Shown here: piece after piece, positions 1 to 9,376 of the stretch
How the letters are laid out: the number at the start of each line of letters is the position of its first letter
Numbering within the stretch: position 1 is the stretch's first letter
NCBI GenBank assembly: GCA_030614005.1
Contig: JAUWKS010000005.1
Coordinates: 60,001 to 92,000 of the forward strand
DNA length: 32,000 nucleotides
Direction of reading: 5' to 3'
Source: Candidatus Heimdallarchaeota archaeon
GTDB lineage: Archaea; Asgardarchaeota; Heimdallarchaeia; JABLTI01
Notes under the pieces: model-generated
Told to the model about the DNA's origin: nothing
The model's database searches: none
Seen by the model: the letters and a program-made list of their open reading frames with translations, nothing else
Translations under genes and position numbers: made by a program

Positions 1-1
1 T

Positions 2-979
2 ATAGTAATAAGCGACGTTGTTTCTGATCGTGGATTTTTAACTGATTTAGCGAGTGGACATGGAACTCATGTCACAAGTACAATTGTTGGTTATAATTAT
101 GCAGATATGGTATGGATAGAAGGCATCGCTCCGGATGTGACTATCATCCCAATTCTAGTATTAGATGCTTGGATGGTTGACACTCCAGTTGGACCTGTTA
201 CTTTTAGTGGTGGGTCAAGTGCAATGATTGCTACTGGAATATACTATATTGCTGATTTAACAGAAAGTTTGGACGGACCAGTTATTATCAATATGAGTCT
301 AGGTGGTTCCGGGGAAACTCCTGAAATCGAAGCAGCAGTAGATTATGCTATTAGTAAAGGTGTAATTATAGTCGCTTCCGCAGGTAATAACGGAGAAGCA
401 GGGATGAGTTATCCCGGTGCTTATAATCAAGTAATCTCTGCAGCAGCGTGCGGTTGGACTGATATGCTTGCCCAAGGTTGGACTGCAGATGTCCCTGAAA
501 AACTTAACACTAATGATAGTTTAGGAAATGACTATCAAGTATATCTAACAGGATTCAGTAGCAGACCAAATAGAACATTAGGGCAAAAATACCGTGATCT
601 TGATGTAATGGCTCCTGGAGATTGGATCGTAGGTCCATATAAATTAAAATGGGCTCCAGTTGAATATTGGGGTTATTATTATGTCTCTGGTACAAGTATG
701 GCTGCTCCACATGTTTCAGCAATAGCTGCTTTGGTTTTAGAAATATTTCCAATGTTTGACCAAAGAGACATTGAATTTGTGCTAAAATTGGCTGCTAGTG
801 GTGTTGGTCCAAATAAACGAAGAGGCTTCCCACGAATTGGTGAAGATGTTAAAGTTGCGTATTTTGGCAATCAATACTATACTGTTTCCTGGGGAAGACA
901 TGATTATGGTCGTGGATTCTTGCAAGCTGATACAGCAATATTAACTGCATTGCTTTATTACTTCATCTTTTATCGCTAG
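2..979 (+). CDS. S8 (subtilisin-like) serine peptidase, 5' end outside the window
   Basis: The frame is open from base 2, upstream of the track start at 107. It gives the catalytic-His motif HGTHV at 59-73, the oxyanion motif ASAGNNG and the catalytic-Ser motif GTSMAAPHV. The catalytic Asp must lie left of the window. Confidence 0.95.
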   Translation: MVISDVVSDRGFLTDLASGHGTHVTSTIVGYNYADMVWIEGIAPDVTIIPILVLDAWMVDTPVGPVTFSGGSSAMIATGIYYIADLTESLDGPVIINMSLGGSGETPEIEAAVDYAISKGVIIVASAGNNGEAGMSYPGAYNQVISAAACGWTDMLAQGWTADVPEKLNTNDSLGNDYQVYLTGFSSRPNRTLGQKYRDLDVMAPGDWIVGPYKLKWAPVEYWGYYYVSGTSMAAPHVSAIAALVLEIFPMFDQRDIEFVLKLAASGVGPNKRRGFPRIGEDVKVAYFGNQYYTVSWGRHDYGRGFLQADTAILTALLYYFIFYR

Positions 980-996
980 GTCAAATACAGTTCAAA

Positions 997-1048
997 GCTT
1001 CATTGCTTGTAAAGAAAAAAACGAGTAATGAAGCGTGTCCTTTTTTTT
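997..1048. terminator. Hairpin plus T-tract between convergent genes
   Basis: gcttcattgcttg (997-1009) pairs with cgagtaatgaagc (1022-1034): a 13-bp stem with 2 G-U pairs and a 12-nt A-rich loop, followed by T8 at 1041-1048. Confidence 0.6.
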
Positions 1049-1067
1049 CTAACCAGATTTCAGTAAA

Positions 1068-2549
1068 TTACGCAGATTGTTCTTCTGCAGAACCAGAAGA
1101 CAAATTTTCTATTGAAAGAGCTTCTCTCTTTACTGGAATGAAATTGACCCAATAGATTTTCTCGGAATCTAAAAGATCAACAATTTGTTTCATGTCAGTA
1201 GTAAGTAATTTTGATTGGACTTTAGAAATTGTCCATTCCAATGATCCAATGTAGTTGGCTTTCTCCCAAACAACAAGAACTAAATGATACATCGAAACAA
1301 TCAATATTACTGCAAAAATTAAACCAAGCTCTTCACCATTGCCATATATTTTTGATTTCATGAAATTTTTGCCAGAAATGGTTCCAAATAGTAGCTGCAT
1401 AATTAATCGTGGAATATATTCAAAAATCTTCATACAATAGAGCGTGAGAGAAAGAACACCCCAACGTCTAATGAATTTCACAAAATGACGATTAGCGAAT
1501 TTATCACCTCTACCTCGATATTCAATGAAATAAAGAAACGCCCAGATGAAAATGATTTGTCCTCCAAATCGGAGTAAATAAGTTGATACTTCGGTATTTA
1601 TTTCAATTGTAGACCATGGAGAGCCAACTGCTATCAAAATGACTCCGGTGCTCATTGATAGCAGACCAATTAGAATGCCATATAGAGGTGCAAGACGCAC
1701 CTTCCCCGGATTAGCTAAGGTTAAACCTATCATTGTTCCAGCAAAGGATGTCGCAATAAATGGGAAGATTGGAAGCAAATTAGCAAATGAGATTGATATT
1801 AACCAAGCTGGGAAAGTACCAGTGCTTATTGTAATAGAACTTAAATCCAATATTGACCCACCATCAGGGTATAACCAGTTCAAATTTGGAATCCATTTTC
1901 TCATGAAGAACGTGAAAACGATTGTTCCAACAATCATACAAGCAAGAATAATCATATTTCTTGAGTGTTTTTTTAAACCATCGTTCTTACTGAAAAGATA
2001 GAGAATGAGTGTGTTTATAATTAAACAAAAACCGATAATTTGAAGTGTTTCTATACGATACAGAGACCAGATAAATTTTGAAAATCCACCAGTATAAGTT
2101 CCTGTACTAATAAGTGAACCAATAATACCATAATATCCAAGTGCTTGCTCTAACCATCCAATGATAATTAAAACAATGCCCATAAAAAACTGCTTTAAGA
2201 TTATGGGTTTTGCATTTTCATTCCTTGATAGTTTTTTGAAAACAGCATAAGAATTAACGATAGATGAAATAAACAGAAAGAATCCATGCCATGTACCAAA
2301 AAAGGCACATATTCCCAAAATGACAACAATAATGATGTTTATTTCCAAAAGTGTTTCAAAATCTTCAAGAAAACTATAATCATAAACACCCATCAATGAA
2401 TGATAAGTTATCATAGAGAATAAAGCCAATCCACGTAAGAAATCTAGTGAAGCAATGCGCTTCAATGGTTTTTTGTCTTTTTTCAATGAGTAGGTAAGAG
2501 ATTGAATATCTTCGTCTCCTTGTTGAGATACTTGAATGTATTCGCTCAT
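1068..2549 (-). CDS. Multi-pass membrane protein, heparan-alpha-glucosaminide N-acetyltransferase-like (DUF1624/acyltransferase_3 clan)
   Basis: N-terminal RIASLDFLRGLALFSM motif typical of the family, many hydrophobic segments, and LSLTLY plus GSLEW near the C-terminus. Confidence 0.75.
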   Translation of the reverse strand: MSEYIQVSQQGDEDIQSLTYSLKKDKKPLKRIASLDFLRGLALFSMITYHSLMGVYDYSFLEDFETLLEINIIIVVILGICAFFGTWHGFFLFISSIVNSYAVFKKLSRNENAKPIILKQFFMGIVLIIIGWLEQALGYYGIIGSLISTGTYTGGFSKFIWSLYRIETLQIIGFCLIINTLILYLFSKNDGLKKHSRNMIILACMIVGTIVFTFFMRKWIPNLNWLYPDGGSILDLSSITISTGTFPAWLISISFANLLPIFPFIATSFAGTMIGLTLANPGKVRLAPLYGILIGLLSMSTGVILIAVGSPWSTIEINTEVSTYLLRFGGQIIFIWAFLYFIEYRGRGDKFANRHFVKFIRRWGVLSLTLYCMKIFEYIPRLIMQLLFGTISGKNFMKSKIYGNGEELGLIFAVILIVSMYHLVLVVWEKANYIGSLEWTISKVQSKLLTTDMKQIVDLLDSEKIYWVNFIPVKREALSIENLSSGSAEEQSA

Positions 2550-2707
2550 TGGAACACCAAAATAGATTATTCATTCTTACACTTACATCTTGCATAGATT
2601 TTTGAGAATAATATATGCTCTTAGAACTTCATTACTCAAGAACTTTCCTTAACTACAATGTAAGTTCTTTTTCAAAAATCAACCAGCTCTGAGATTTCTT
2701 TTAATTG

Positions 2708-3124
2708 CTATTCCGAAGGTATGTAAACTTCATGAACATGAACCCATTCAACACCATTAACCGCTTTTTCATTATTGCGAAAGAGTGCAGAAGATAAGCG
2801 AGCGGTAGTTATACCGTTAACTTCAGCCCATTCTTCATAAGTTACTAAACAAAGATTTCCTTCAGTTAATCTGCATTGAATATTTTGAACCCATAAGCGA
2901 TATTCCTTTTTATCATCTTTTCGAGAACCATATCCGGCTTTTATTTGTTGTAGAATTTTTTCGCGAGATTGTAATTCCCCTGTTGGGGCAATTAAAATAA
3001 ATTGCTTATCTAAAGCATTCTCTACACGTAAAAACACATCATCATTGTTTTCGACGTCTGATCTAAACCATTGAGCAAAAAACGTGTGCAAACTAATTAC
3101 TTCTTTTTCACATTTCTTTTCCAT
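2708..3124 (-). CDS. NTF2/SnoaL-like small protein (DUF4440-like)
   Basis: 138 aa with the pattern LHxFFxxWF...F.LI.P.G....R..I...VTYEEW...RLSSALF...WVHVHE, which fits an NTF2-like fold. Confidence 0.65.
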   Translation of the reverse strand: MEKKCEKEVISLHTFFAQWFRSDVENNDDVFLRVENALDKQFILIAPTGELQSREKILQQIKAGYGSRKDDKKEYRLWVQNIQCRLTEGNLCLVTYEEWAEVNGITTARLSSALFRNNEKAVNGVEWVHVHEVYIPSE

Positions 3125-3225
3125 TTTTATTACCTCCAGTATTTATTTTATTGTATTGTACAAAAATTTTTCTCTCCAGTCTCGAGATAAATGAGGTATG
3201 TATCTAAATGTATTATAATGTAAAG

Positions 3226-3233
3226 TATAAATA
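3226..3233 (+). promoter_or_regulatory. Candidate TATA box for the HEAT/basic-tail gene
   Basis: TATAAATA preceded by purine-rich TAAAG; a GGTG ribosome-binding-like motif at 3269-3272 lies 7 nt before the TTG start at 3280. Confidence 0.4.
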
Positions 3234-3279
3234 GGAGAAGCGAAGTAAATTAGCTAACAATGTTAAATGGTGTGTTTAA

Positions 3280-4221
3280 TTGAAGCAAGTATCTATTACT
3301 GAAGAAGTTAGAAATTTAAAATCAAGTGATGTAAGCACTCGTAAGAAAGCAGCGTGGTCTTTAGGAGATATTGGGGATAAAAGAGTTGTAGGTCCTTTGG
3401 TGACTGCTCTAACAAAGGATAAAGATAGATTTGTTAGAAAAAATGCCGCAAAAGCATTAGCAAAGATAGGCGATCCAAGAGCAAATAAGGCTTTAAAATT
3501 TGCTAAACAGAAAGATAGAGATCCGAAAGTAAGAGAAGAAGCTGCATACGCAATTTCTAGAATTAAAGAGCTAAATTCAAAATCAAAAAAACCAAAACTG
3601 AAAGTTTCACGAACAGTAGGAAAAGTGCGTAATAAAAATCCTCCAAAAAGAAGTGAAATTTCACAAGTACACACCAAAAGACCTGTTGTTAAGAAAAGAA
3701 GGAAAGCACCTGTAAGGAAAATTGCTAAACTATCTACTCGAGTAAGTTCAAAATCAAGAAGTTCTTCACCAATTAGAAGGAGTACATCTAGTTCCTCTGC
3801 AAGGAAAAAACCATCTTCTAAAAAACCTGTTAGAGTAAAGCCAAAATCAAAACCTGCAGCAAGAACACCAGTAAGAAGCACAAAACCAAGGAGTCAATCC
3901 TCTACAAGAAAAATTAGTAGTACTGGTAGGTCAGTAAAAACAAGAAGCAGTAGCAGTTCAGCGAGACCTGTTAGAAAAGTATCTAGTAGTTCATCAAAAT
4001 CCGTTCGACGAACTTCAAGTAGATCCTCAAAACCCGTCAGACGAACTTCGAGCAGCACAACAAGAACAGTGGTTAAAGTATCTGGTAGCAAACCTAGCAC
4101 AAGACCTGTTAAGAAAGGTGTAAAAAGAACCTCAAGCTCTGTAAAGAGTTCCACCTCAAAAAGAAAAAGCAGTGATAAGTATCCTAGACCAGTTTCTTCA
4201 AAGAAGAAGAGAAGAAGGTAA
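3280..4221 (+). CDS. HEAT-repeat (PBS-lyase type) protein with a long Lys/Arg/Ser-rich disordered C-terminal tail
   Basis: Residues ~11-95 hold three HEAT-like units (DVSTRKKAAWSLGDIGD, DRFVRKNAAKALAKIGD, DPKVREEAAYAISRI). Residues 101-313 are low-complexity basic and end in KKKRRR. Confidence 0.85.
   Translation: MKQVSITEEVRNLKSSDVSTRKKAAWSLGDIGDKRVVGPLVTALTKDKDRFVRKNAAKALAKIGDPRANKALKFAKQKDRDPKVREEAAYAISRIKELNSKSKKPKLKVSRTVGKVRNKNPPKRSEISQVHTKRPVVKKRRKAPVRKIAKLSTRVSSKSRSSSPIRRSTSSSSARKKPSSKKPVRVKPKSKPAARTPVRSTKPRSQSSTRKISSTGRSVKTRSSSSSARPVRKVSSSSSKSVRRTSSRSSKPVRRTSSSTTRTVVKVSGSKPSTRPVKKGVKRTSSSVKSSTSKRKSSDKYPRPVSSKKKRRR
3994..4059 (+). repeat. 33-bp (11-aa) tandem repeat inside the basic tail
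   Basis: tcaaaatccgttcgacgaacttcaagtagatcc / tcaaaacccgtcagacgaacttcgagcagcaca encode SKSVRRTSSRS / SKPVRRTSSST; more degenerate PVR/PVK units lie on both sides. Confidence 0.8.
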
Positions 4222-4263
4222 CAAGTACCATTGCTGATAAATTGCAATAATAATTACTTCAAT

Positions 4264-4301
4264 TGTATCTTGAACGAATTAAAAATTCGCTCGTAGATAC
4301 A
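4264..4301. terminator. Long imperfect hairpin between convergent genes
   Basis: tgtatct (4264-4270) pairs with agataca (4295-4301); inner cgaatt pairs with aattcg around an aaa loop, with one mismatch and one bulge. Confidence 0.45.
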
Positions 4302-4341
4302 CTTGTACTTATTCAGAGGTTATTGGCTCGTTTAACTTTGT

Positions 4342-6726
4342 TTATTCTCTAATTGCAGTTGCTAATTGTAGTTTTCGAAGTAAATTTAGACTTGGTAAGG
4401 TCGAGATGAATACACAACTAAGTGCAAATCCGAAAGTCATAAGATAATCGCCCCAAAAATACACAGAATCCAACTCGAAAAATAACTCACTGATGAAATA
4501 TTTAATCAATCGACCCAAGCCTTCTCCACCAAGTGCTATTCCAAATAACACTGCTAAAAAGATTAAAGCGCCTATCTCTAAGATGATTTGAAGGAAAATC
4601 TGCCCCTTTCGAAATCCGAAAGTTCTTTGTAAAGCTATCTCACGAGTCCGTTCAATTATTGAAACAAAAGCTGTCACAAAGATGATCAGAAATGAAATAA
4701 CCAAAGACAAAACAATTGTTACTTTTACAATGAATAGTTGAGTATTCACCATATGAACCATTCGAGTTTCATAAGTATCTTTCATTATAGCATATTGAAT
4801 TTGGGTGTTTTCGTTTAAGTCTAAGAGCAATGAATCAATGGATGCGGTATTCAATGTGTCCATATTGGCTAGTTTAATAAATGCCCTATTTATCGCAGAA
4901 AATCCCAATGTTTCTTCAATAGCAGGGATTAACATGAAGCATGAATTTGGTATATCTAAATCTCGAACAATACCAACAATTTCAATTTGAAATTCAACTC
5001 CTAATAACGAAAAGTTGAAATAATCTCCGACTCCTAGACCCAAAGGTTTCGCAGAATAACTTGAGATAATTCCTTCTTGAGCTGATTCATTCGAAAACAT
5101 TGCGCCTTCCTTAAGACTGATGGTATACAAGGTTGAATCAGGTTGTAATCCTCTAAGATCTAGACTATATTCCGGCATGTCTGGCATTTCTGTATTTCCA
5201 CTCAAGTAAGGTTCATAACTTTCAATAAAGTCATACTCATCGAGAATGTTCTGTATCTCAGCTTCCGATTTAAAGGAATCAAACCGGGTTTGCACGTCCC
5301 AATGGATTTGATCATCAAAGTAGTTATCAAATGTTGTGTTAATTGAAGTCTGGGTTTGAATTAAAGCAAAAGAAATTGCTATAGCACTGATAAATGCACT
5401 AGTAATTAAAATACCTCTGACACGATTTCGTGAAATATTACGAAGAGGATATTTAATTGAAGTTGATAATGATGATGATTTTGTTCCTCTAACCGAATTT
5501 GGTGATTTCTTCTTTCTTTTCTTTACTTTGTATTCAGTTTTTCCTCGTATTGCTTCATATGGAGTCATTTTTACATTACTTCGACAAGCAAAGTATGTGA
5601 AGAGTTGTGATGAGAGAATGACGAGAGCAGGAACAACAATTAACCCTGGAATTGAGAAACGAGTTAATATCAAAGGTATCCCCCATCGAGAGACTAAGAT
5701 ACGTACCAATATCTGTAAAAATCCATATGAACCAAGGATTCCGAGAAGAGTAGATAATATTGAGATAATTAACGTTCGGAGCATGAAGACCCGTAAAATA
5801 ATTTTAGATTGATAACCAAAAGCATACAACATGCCTGTCTGTTTTCTCTGTTCGATAGCATATCGCTTGGTAATCAAATAAATTACAATTCCCGCACCCA
5901 AGATTATTGCACATGCCATAACAAAAAGTATTTGGGAAGTTAGATTGAGAACATCTTGGAAAAGAGAGCTAATACTGAATTCCCGAACATACCATTCATA
6001 GAGGATTTGTGCTTCAACAGGATTGACTTCTTCGCGCAAATCATCGGCAAATGTTGTTACAAATTCAAGGTCAGGATCACTTGGGAAATAAAAAGCAACA
6101 CTATTAAATTGAATTTTATTCCAATCATTAAATTCTTGGAAGGTTTCATAGTTAAGATAGATAGCTCCCTCTAAGGATAAATCATAACTCAAAAATTCAA
6201 TTGATTTTACTAACCCAACTATTTCTACTTCTTTCACTCCAGCAATTGTATAGAGGGTAATCGTATCTCCAATCCCAATGTCTAATTCACTGGCAAATGA
6301 TTCCAAAATAAAAGCTGTATCATTTTGTAATGCTGAAAATTCTCTATCTGAACTGACTTGATTGACTTTTGGTGGAGCTGTTGTATTAATTCCAATAATA
6401 CTCGTAAAATACCATTTTGATGCATGGTATAGTTGAAAACTACAAGAGGGTCGAACATCATATGAAATATTATTATAATTTGGATTTGTATTGATTAGAT
6501 CTTCAACACTATTACGAATTTCACTAGTATTACCCGCAAAACCCATTTCTAAGTACGACAATTTATATGATTCATTACTTTCTAGTATGGAGGCATTTAT
6601 GCTGGGATCAATTGAAAACATAGCTAGAGGAACGGAGACTATGACAAAGAAAACAAGAAATAACAAGAAGGTGCGTTTCTTTTGAAAACGAAATTCTCGA
6701 AAAATGGTTTTATATATTTGCCGCAT
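4342..6726 (-). CDS. ABC transporter permease, MacB/FtsX family with two FtsX domains
   Basis: Two repeats of TM1, large extracellular domain and three TMs, with EQRKQTGMLYAFG and ERTREIALQRTFG motifs. The open frame reaches 6774; ATG 6726 has GGAG upstream and overlaps the ATPase stop, suggesting translational coupling. Confidence 0.9.
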   Translation of the reverse strand: MRQIYKTIFREFRFQKKRTFLLFLVFFVIVSVPLAMFSIDPSINASILESNESYKLSYLEMGFAGNTSEIRNSVEDLINTNPNYNNISYDVRPSCSFQLYHASKWYFTSIIGINTTAPPKVNQVSSDREFSALQNDTAFILESFASELDIGIGDTITLYTIAGVKEVEIVGLVKSIEFLSYDLSLEGAIYLNYETFQEFNDWNKIQFNSVAFYFPSDPDLEFVTTFADDLREEVNPVEAQILYEWYVREFSISSLFQDVLNLTSQILFVMACAIILGAGIVIYLITKRYAIEQRKQTGMLYAFGYQSKIILRVFMLRTLIISILSTLLGILGSYGFLQILVRILVSRWGIPLILTRFSIPGLIVVPALVILSSQLFTYFACRSNVKMTPYEAIRGKTEYKVKKRKKKSPNSVRGTKSSSLSTSIKYPLRNISRNRVRGILITSAFISAIAISFALIQTQTSINTTFDNYFDDQIHWDVQTRFDSFKSEAEIQNILDEYDFIESYEPYLSGNTEMPDMPEYSLDLRGLQPDSTLYTISLKEGAMFSNESAQEGIISSYSAKPLGLGVGDYFNFSLLGVEFQIEIVGIVRDLDIPNSCFMLIPAIEETLGFSAINRAFIKLANMDTLNTASIDSLLLDLNENTQIQYAIMKDTYETRMVHMVNTQLFIVKVTIVLSLVISFLIIFVTAFVSIIERTREIALQRTFGFRKGQIFLQIILEIGALIFLAVLFGIALGGEGLGRLIKYFISELFFELDSVYFWGDYLMTFGFALSCVFISTLPSLNLLRKLQLATAIRE

Positions 6727-7468
6727 TTGATACTGCTCCATCTTCGGTTTTACTGAATAAAGATTTTGATTCATCGCTTACAATTTGACCAGAACGTAAA
6801 GTAATCACACGATCAGCATAGCATTCTAATTCTTGATCATGAGTAACCAACAGAACAGTTTTATTTTTCTCTTTAGCAATTTTTTGAATTAAGCTAACGA
6901 TATTGTTTCCTGTCTTCTGATCTAATTGTCCAGTGGGTTCATCAATTAACAAGATATCAGGGCTCTTGGCTAAAGCACGAGCAATTGCAACACGTTGACG
7001 CTCGCCACCTGAAAGCTGAAAGGGGAAATTATCCATCCGATGTTCCAACCCAACCAAGGTAAGATGTTCTTCAGCGAGTTTGCTAATATCTTTTCGTTTG
7101 CGAAGGGTTAATTCTAATACAAGTTCAACATTTTCACGGGCTGTTAGTGTTGGAATTAAAGAATAAAACTGAAATACGAAAGCTAGTCTTTTCTTACGAT
7201 AAAGTGTTAGCTCTTTATCTGAGTATTGAGCAATATCGTCTCCCAAAATTTCGATAGACCCACTAGTAGGATGATCGATTCCACCTATAAGATTAATTAG
7301 AGTTGTTTTTCCCGAGCCAGAAGGGCCCATAATAAAAACAATTTCTCCTGAGTCGACAGTAAATGAAATATTATCCAAAGCATTAACAGACATATCTCCT
7401 AATTTGTAATGCTTTGTTAAATTTGATATTTTAATGATTGAATTTGAATCTTTATGGTGGGATATCAT
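6710..7468 (-). CDS. ABC transporter ATP-binding protein, MacB/LolD type
   Basis: Walker A GPSGSGKT, signature LSGGERQR, Walker B ILLIDEPT and H-loop VTHD. Confidence 0.97.
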   Translation of the reverse strand: MISHHKDSNSIIKISNLTKHYKLGDMSVNALDNISFTVDSGEIVFIMGPSGSGKTTLINLIGGIDHPTSGSIEILGDDIAQYSDKELTLYRKKRLAFVFQFYSLIPTLTARENVELVLELTLRKRKDISKLAEEHLTLVGLEHRMDNFPFQLSGGERQRVAIARALAKSPDILLIDEPTGQLDQKTGNNIVSLIQKIAKEKNKTVLLVTHDQELECYADRVITLRSGQIVSDESKSLFSKTEDGAVSNAANI

Positions 7469-7650
7469 TTGTTTAAAGGAATTTTTTTTAATATAAATAT
7501 GTTGATTTCGGCGAATTAAATTGCGATTGTTAAAAAAAATTTATCATCTTTAAATATTGAAAAATCTAGCATCAAATCATAAAACATTTTCAATTACATT
7601 ATTTTACTCTGGGAAAGAATTATTAATTTTTAATTAATTGATAATAAGTT

Positions 7651-9288
7651 ATGGCAAATCAAGCGAAGTGGTGGCAAAAAGCAGTTTTTTATCAGATTTA
7701 TCCACGTTCATTTAGTGATAGTACGAATACTGGTGTCGGGGATCTTCGAGGGATAATAAATAAACTGGATTATTTGAAAGAATTGGGTATCGACGGTATT
7801 TGGATTTCCCCATTTTTCCCATCACCTCAAGAAGATTGTGGGTACGATATAACTGATTTTGGTTCAGTTAATCCTGAATATGGGACAATGAAAGATTTTG
7901 AAGAGCTATTAAAAAAATCACATAAAAACGATATCAAAATCATTTTGGATATTATTCTTAATCATACTTCAGCTCAACATCCATGGTTTCTTGAATCGAA
8001 AAAAGACCAAACAAACGAAAAGAAGGATTGGTATGTTTGGCGAGATGGGCGAGGTAAAAGTGGTAAGAAACCACCTAATAATTGGAACTCAATGATTGGC
8101 GGTTCAGCTTGGGAGTGGTGTGAAGAAAGAAAGCAGTTTTATCTTCATCAATTCTTAACTTTTCAACCTGACCTCAATTGGAGAAATCCTGATGTACAGA
8201 TTGCCATGTTTAATTACATCCGATTCTGGCTTGATAAAGGAGTGGATGGGTTTAGACTTGATATAATCCAAACACTTTTTGAAGATAAACATTTCAAAAA
8301 TAATCCAAAAAGCTGGCGATTTTTCCCATCCCACAATACAAATGAAGCACTTTTTCAAAAACCAAAGTACACTCAGTTTTTACCGGAAACTATTGAAGTG
8401 TGCCGAAAACTAAGAGAGCTTGTAAGTTCATATTCTCCAGAAAGAATGTTAGTTGGTGAAGCTGCAGGTAATCCTCAGATGATAAAGCCATTGTATGGTA
8501 AGAATGGTGATGGATTACATCTCTCCTTTAATTTTAAATTCGCCGGTCAACCGTTTTCAGCTCGTAAATTTAGAAGGGTTTTAGAGGAAACACAAGAAAT
8601 ACTTCCAGAACCATATTGGCCTTGTTATGTTTTTTCAAATCATGATTCTAACCGTTTAATTTCACGTCAAAAGCAAAATATTGAGAAAGCAAAATTATTA
8701 GCTATTTTGCTTCTTACGGTGCGAGGGACACCTTTCATTTATTATGGGGAGGAAATTGGTATGCTACAAGCAAAAGTACCTAAAGAGAAACAATTGGACC
8801 CTATTTCAAAGATAAAAATTTGGGGAATTCCTCTTGGTGCTCGCTATGGTCGAGATGGTTGTAGAACGCCAATGCAATGGGATGACTCACCAATAAATGC
8901 TGGTTTTTCAAAGAAATCTAAAATCGTTCCGTGGTTGCCAATTGGGCAGAACAAGAGTATAAATGTTAAAAGCGAACTTAGTGATGAAAAGTCTATGCTA
9001 ACATACTTCAAGAAATTGATCAAAGTCAGAAAACAATATGAAGCACTACAAATTGGACAACTAGATGTTTCAGAAGATAGTAATTCAGATTTGTTGATCT
9101 ATAAACGAACTTTCCAAAAACAACAGCTAACAATACTCTTGAATTTTAGCAGCAAGATACAAAACATTGCTACAATAAATAAAGTTAAACAAATATTCTC
9201 AACAAAACTATTTAAAGAACAGAAAGACGTATCTGATGAAATAACTCTGGAACCATTTGAGGGTATAATTGTAGAACAGATGAAATAA
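7651..9288 (+). CDS. GH13 alpha-glucosidase / oligo-1,6-glucosidase family
   Basis: WWQKAVFYQIYPRSF N-terminus, GYDITDF, NHTS, nucleophile GFRLDII, acid/base VGEA, SNHD and RDGCRTPMQW. Confidence 0.95.
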   Translation: MANQAKWWQKAVFYQIYPRSFSDSTNTGVGDLRGIINKLDYLKELGIDGIWISPFFPSPQEDCGYDITDFGSVNPEYGTMKDFEELLKKSHKNDIKIILDIILNHTSAQHPWFLESKKDQTNEKKDWYVWRDGRGKSGKKPPNNWNSMIGGSAWEWCEERKQFYLHQFLTFQPDLNWRNPDVQIAMFNYIRFWLDKGVDGFRLDIIQTLFEDKHFKNNPKSWRFFPSHNTNEALFQKPKYTQFLPETIEVCRKLRELVSSYSPERMLVGEAAGNPQMIKPLYGKNGDGLHLSFNFKFAGQPFSARKFRRVLEETQEILPEPYWPCYVFSNHDSNRLISRQKQNIEKAKLLAILLLTVRGTPFIYYGEEIGMLQAKVPKEKQLDPISKIKIWGIPLGARYGRDGCRTPMQWDDSPINAGFSKKSKIVPWLPIGQNKSINVKSELSDEKSMLTYFKKLIKVRKQYEALQIGQLDVSEDSNSDLLIYKRTFQKQQLTILLNFSSKIQNIATINKVKQIFSTKLFKEQKDVSDEITLEPFEGIIVEQMK

Positions 9289-9376
9289 CGACTGTTTTAA
9301 AACTAAAAGGATTTATATCAAAATACTAGTTTGAATTTGTGAATTAATATCCGTTCAAATGAATGGTGAGTAGTAA

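Noticed and set aside
3276-4247. Two long antisense ORFs (3276-3881 and 3894-4247) opposite the HEAT/basic-tail gene
   Set aside because: Their Leu/Phe/Thr/Glu-rich text is the reverse-complement shadow of a low-complexity Lys/Arg/Ser coding strand; only the plus strand has recognisable domains and expression signals.
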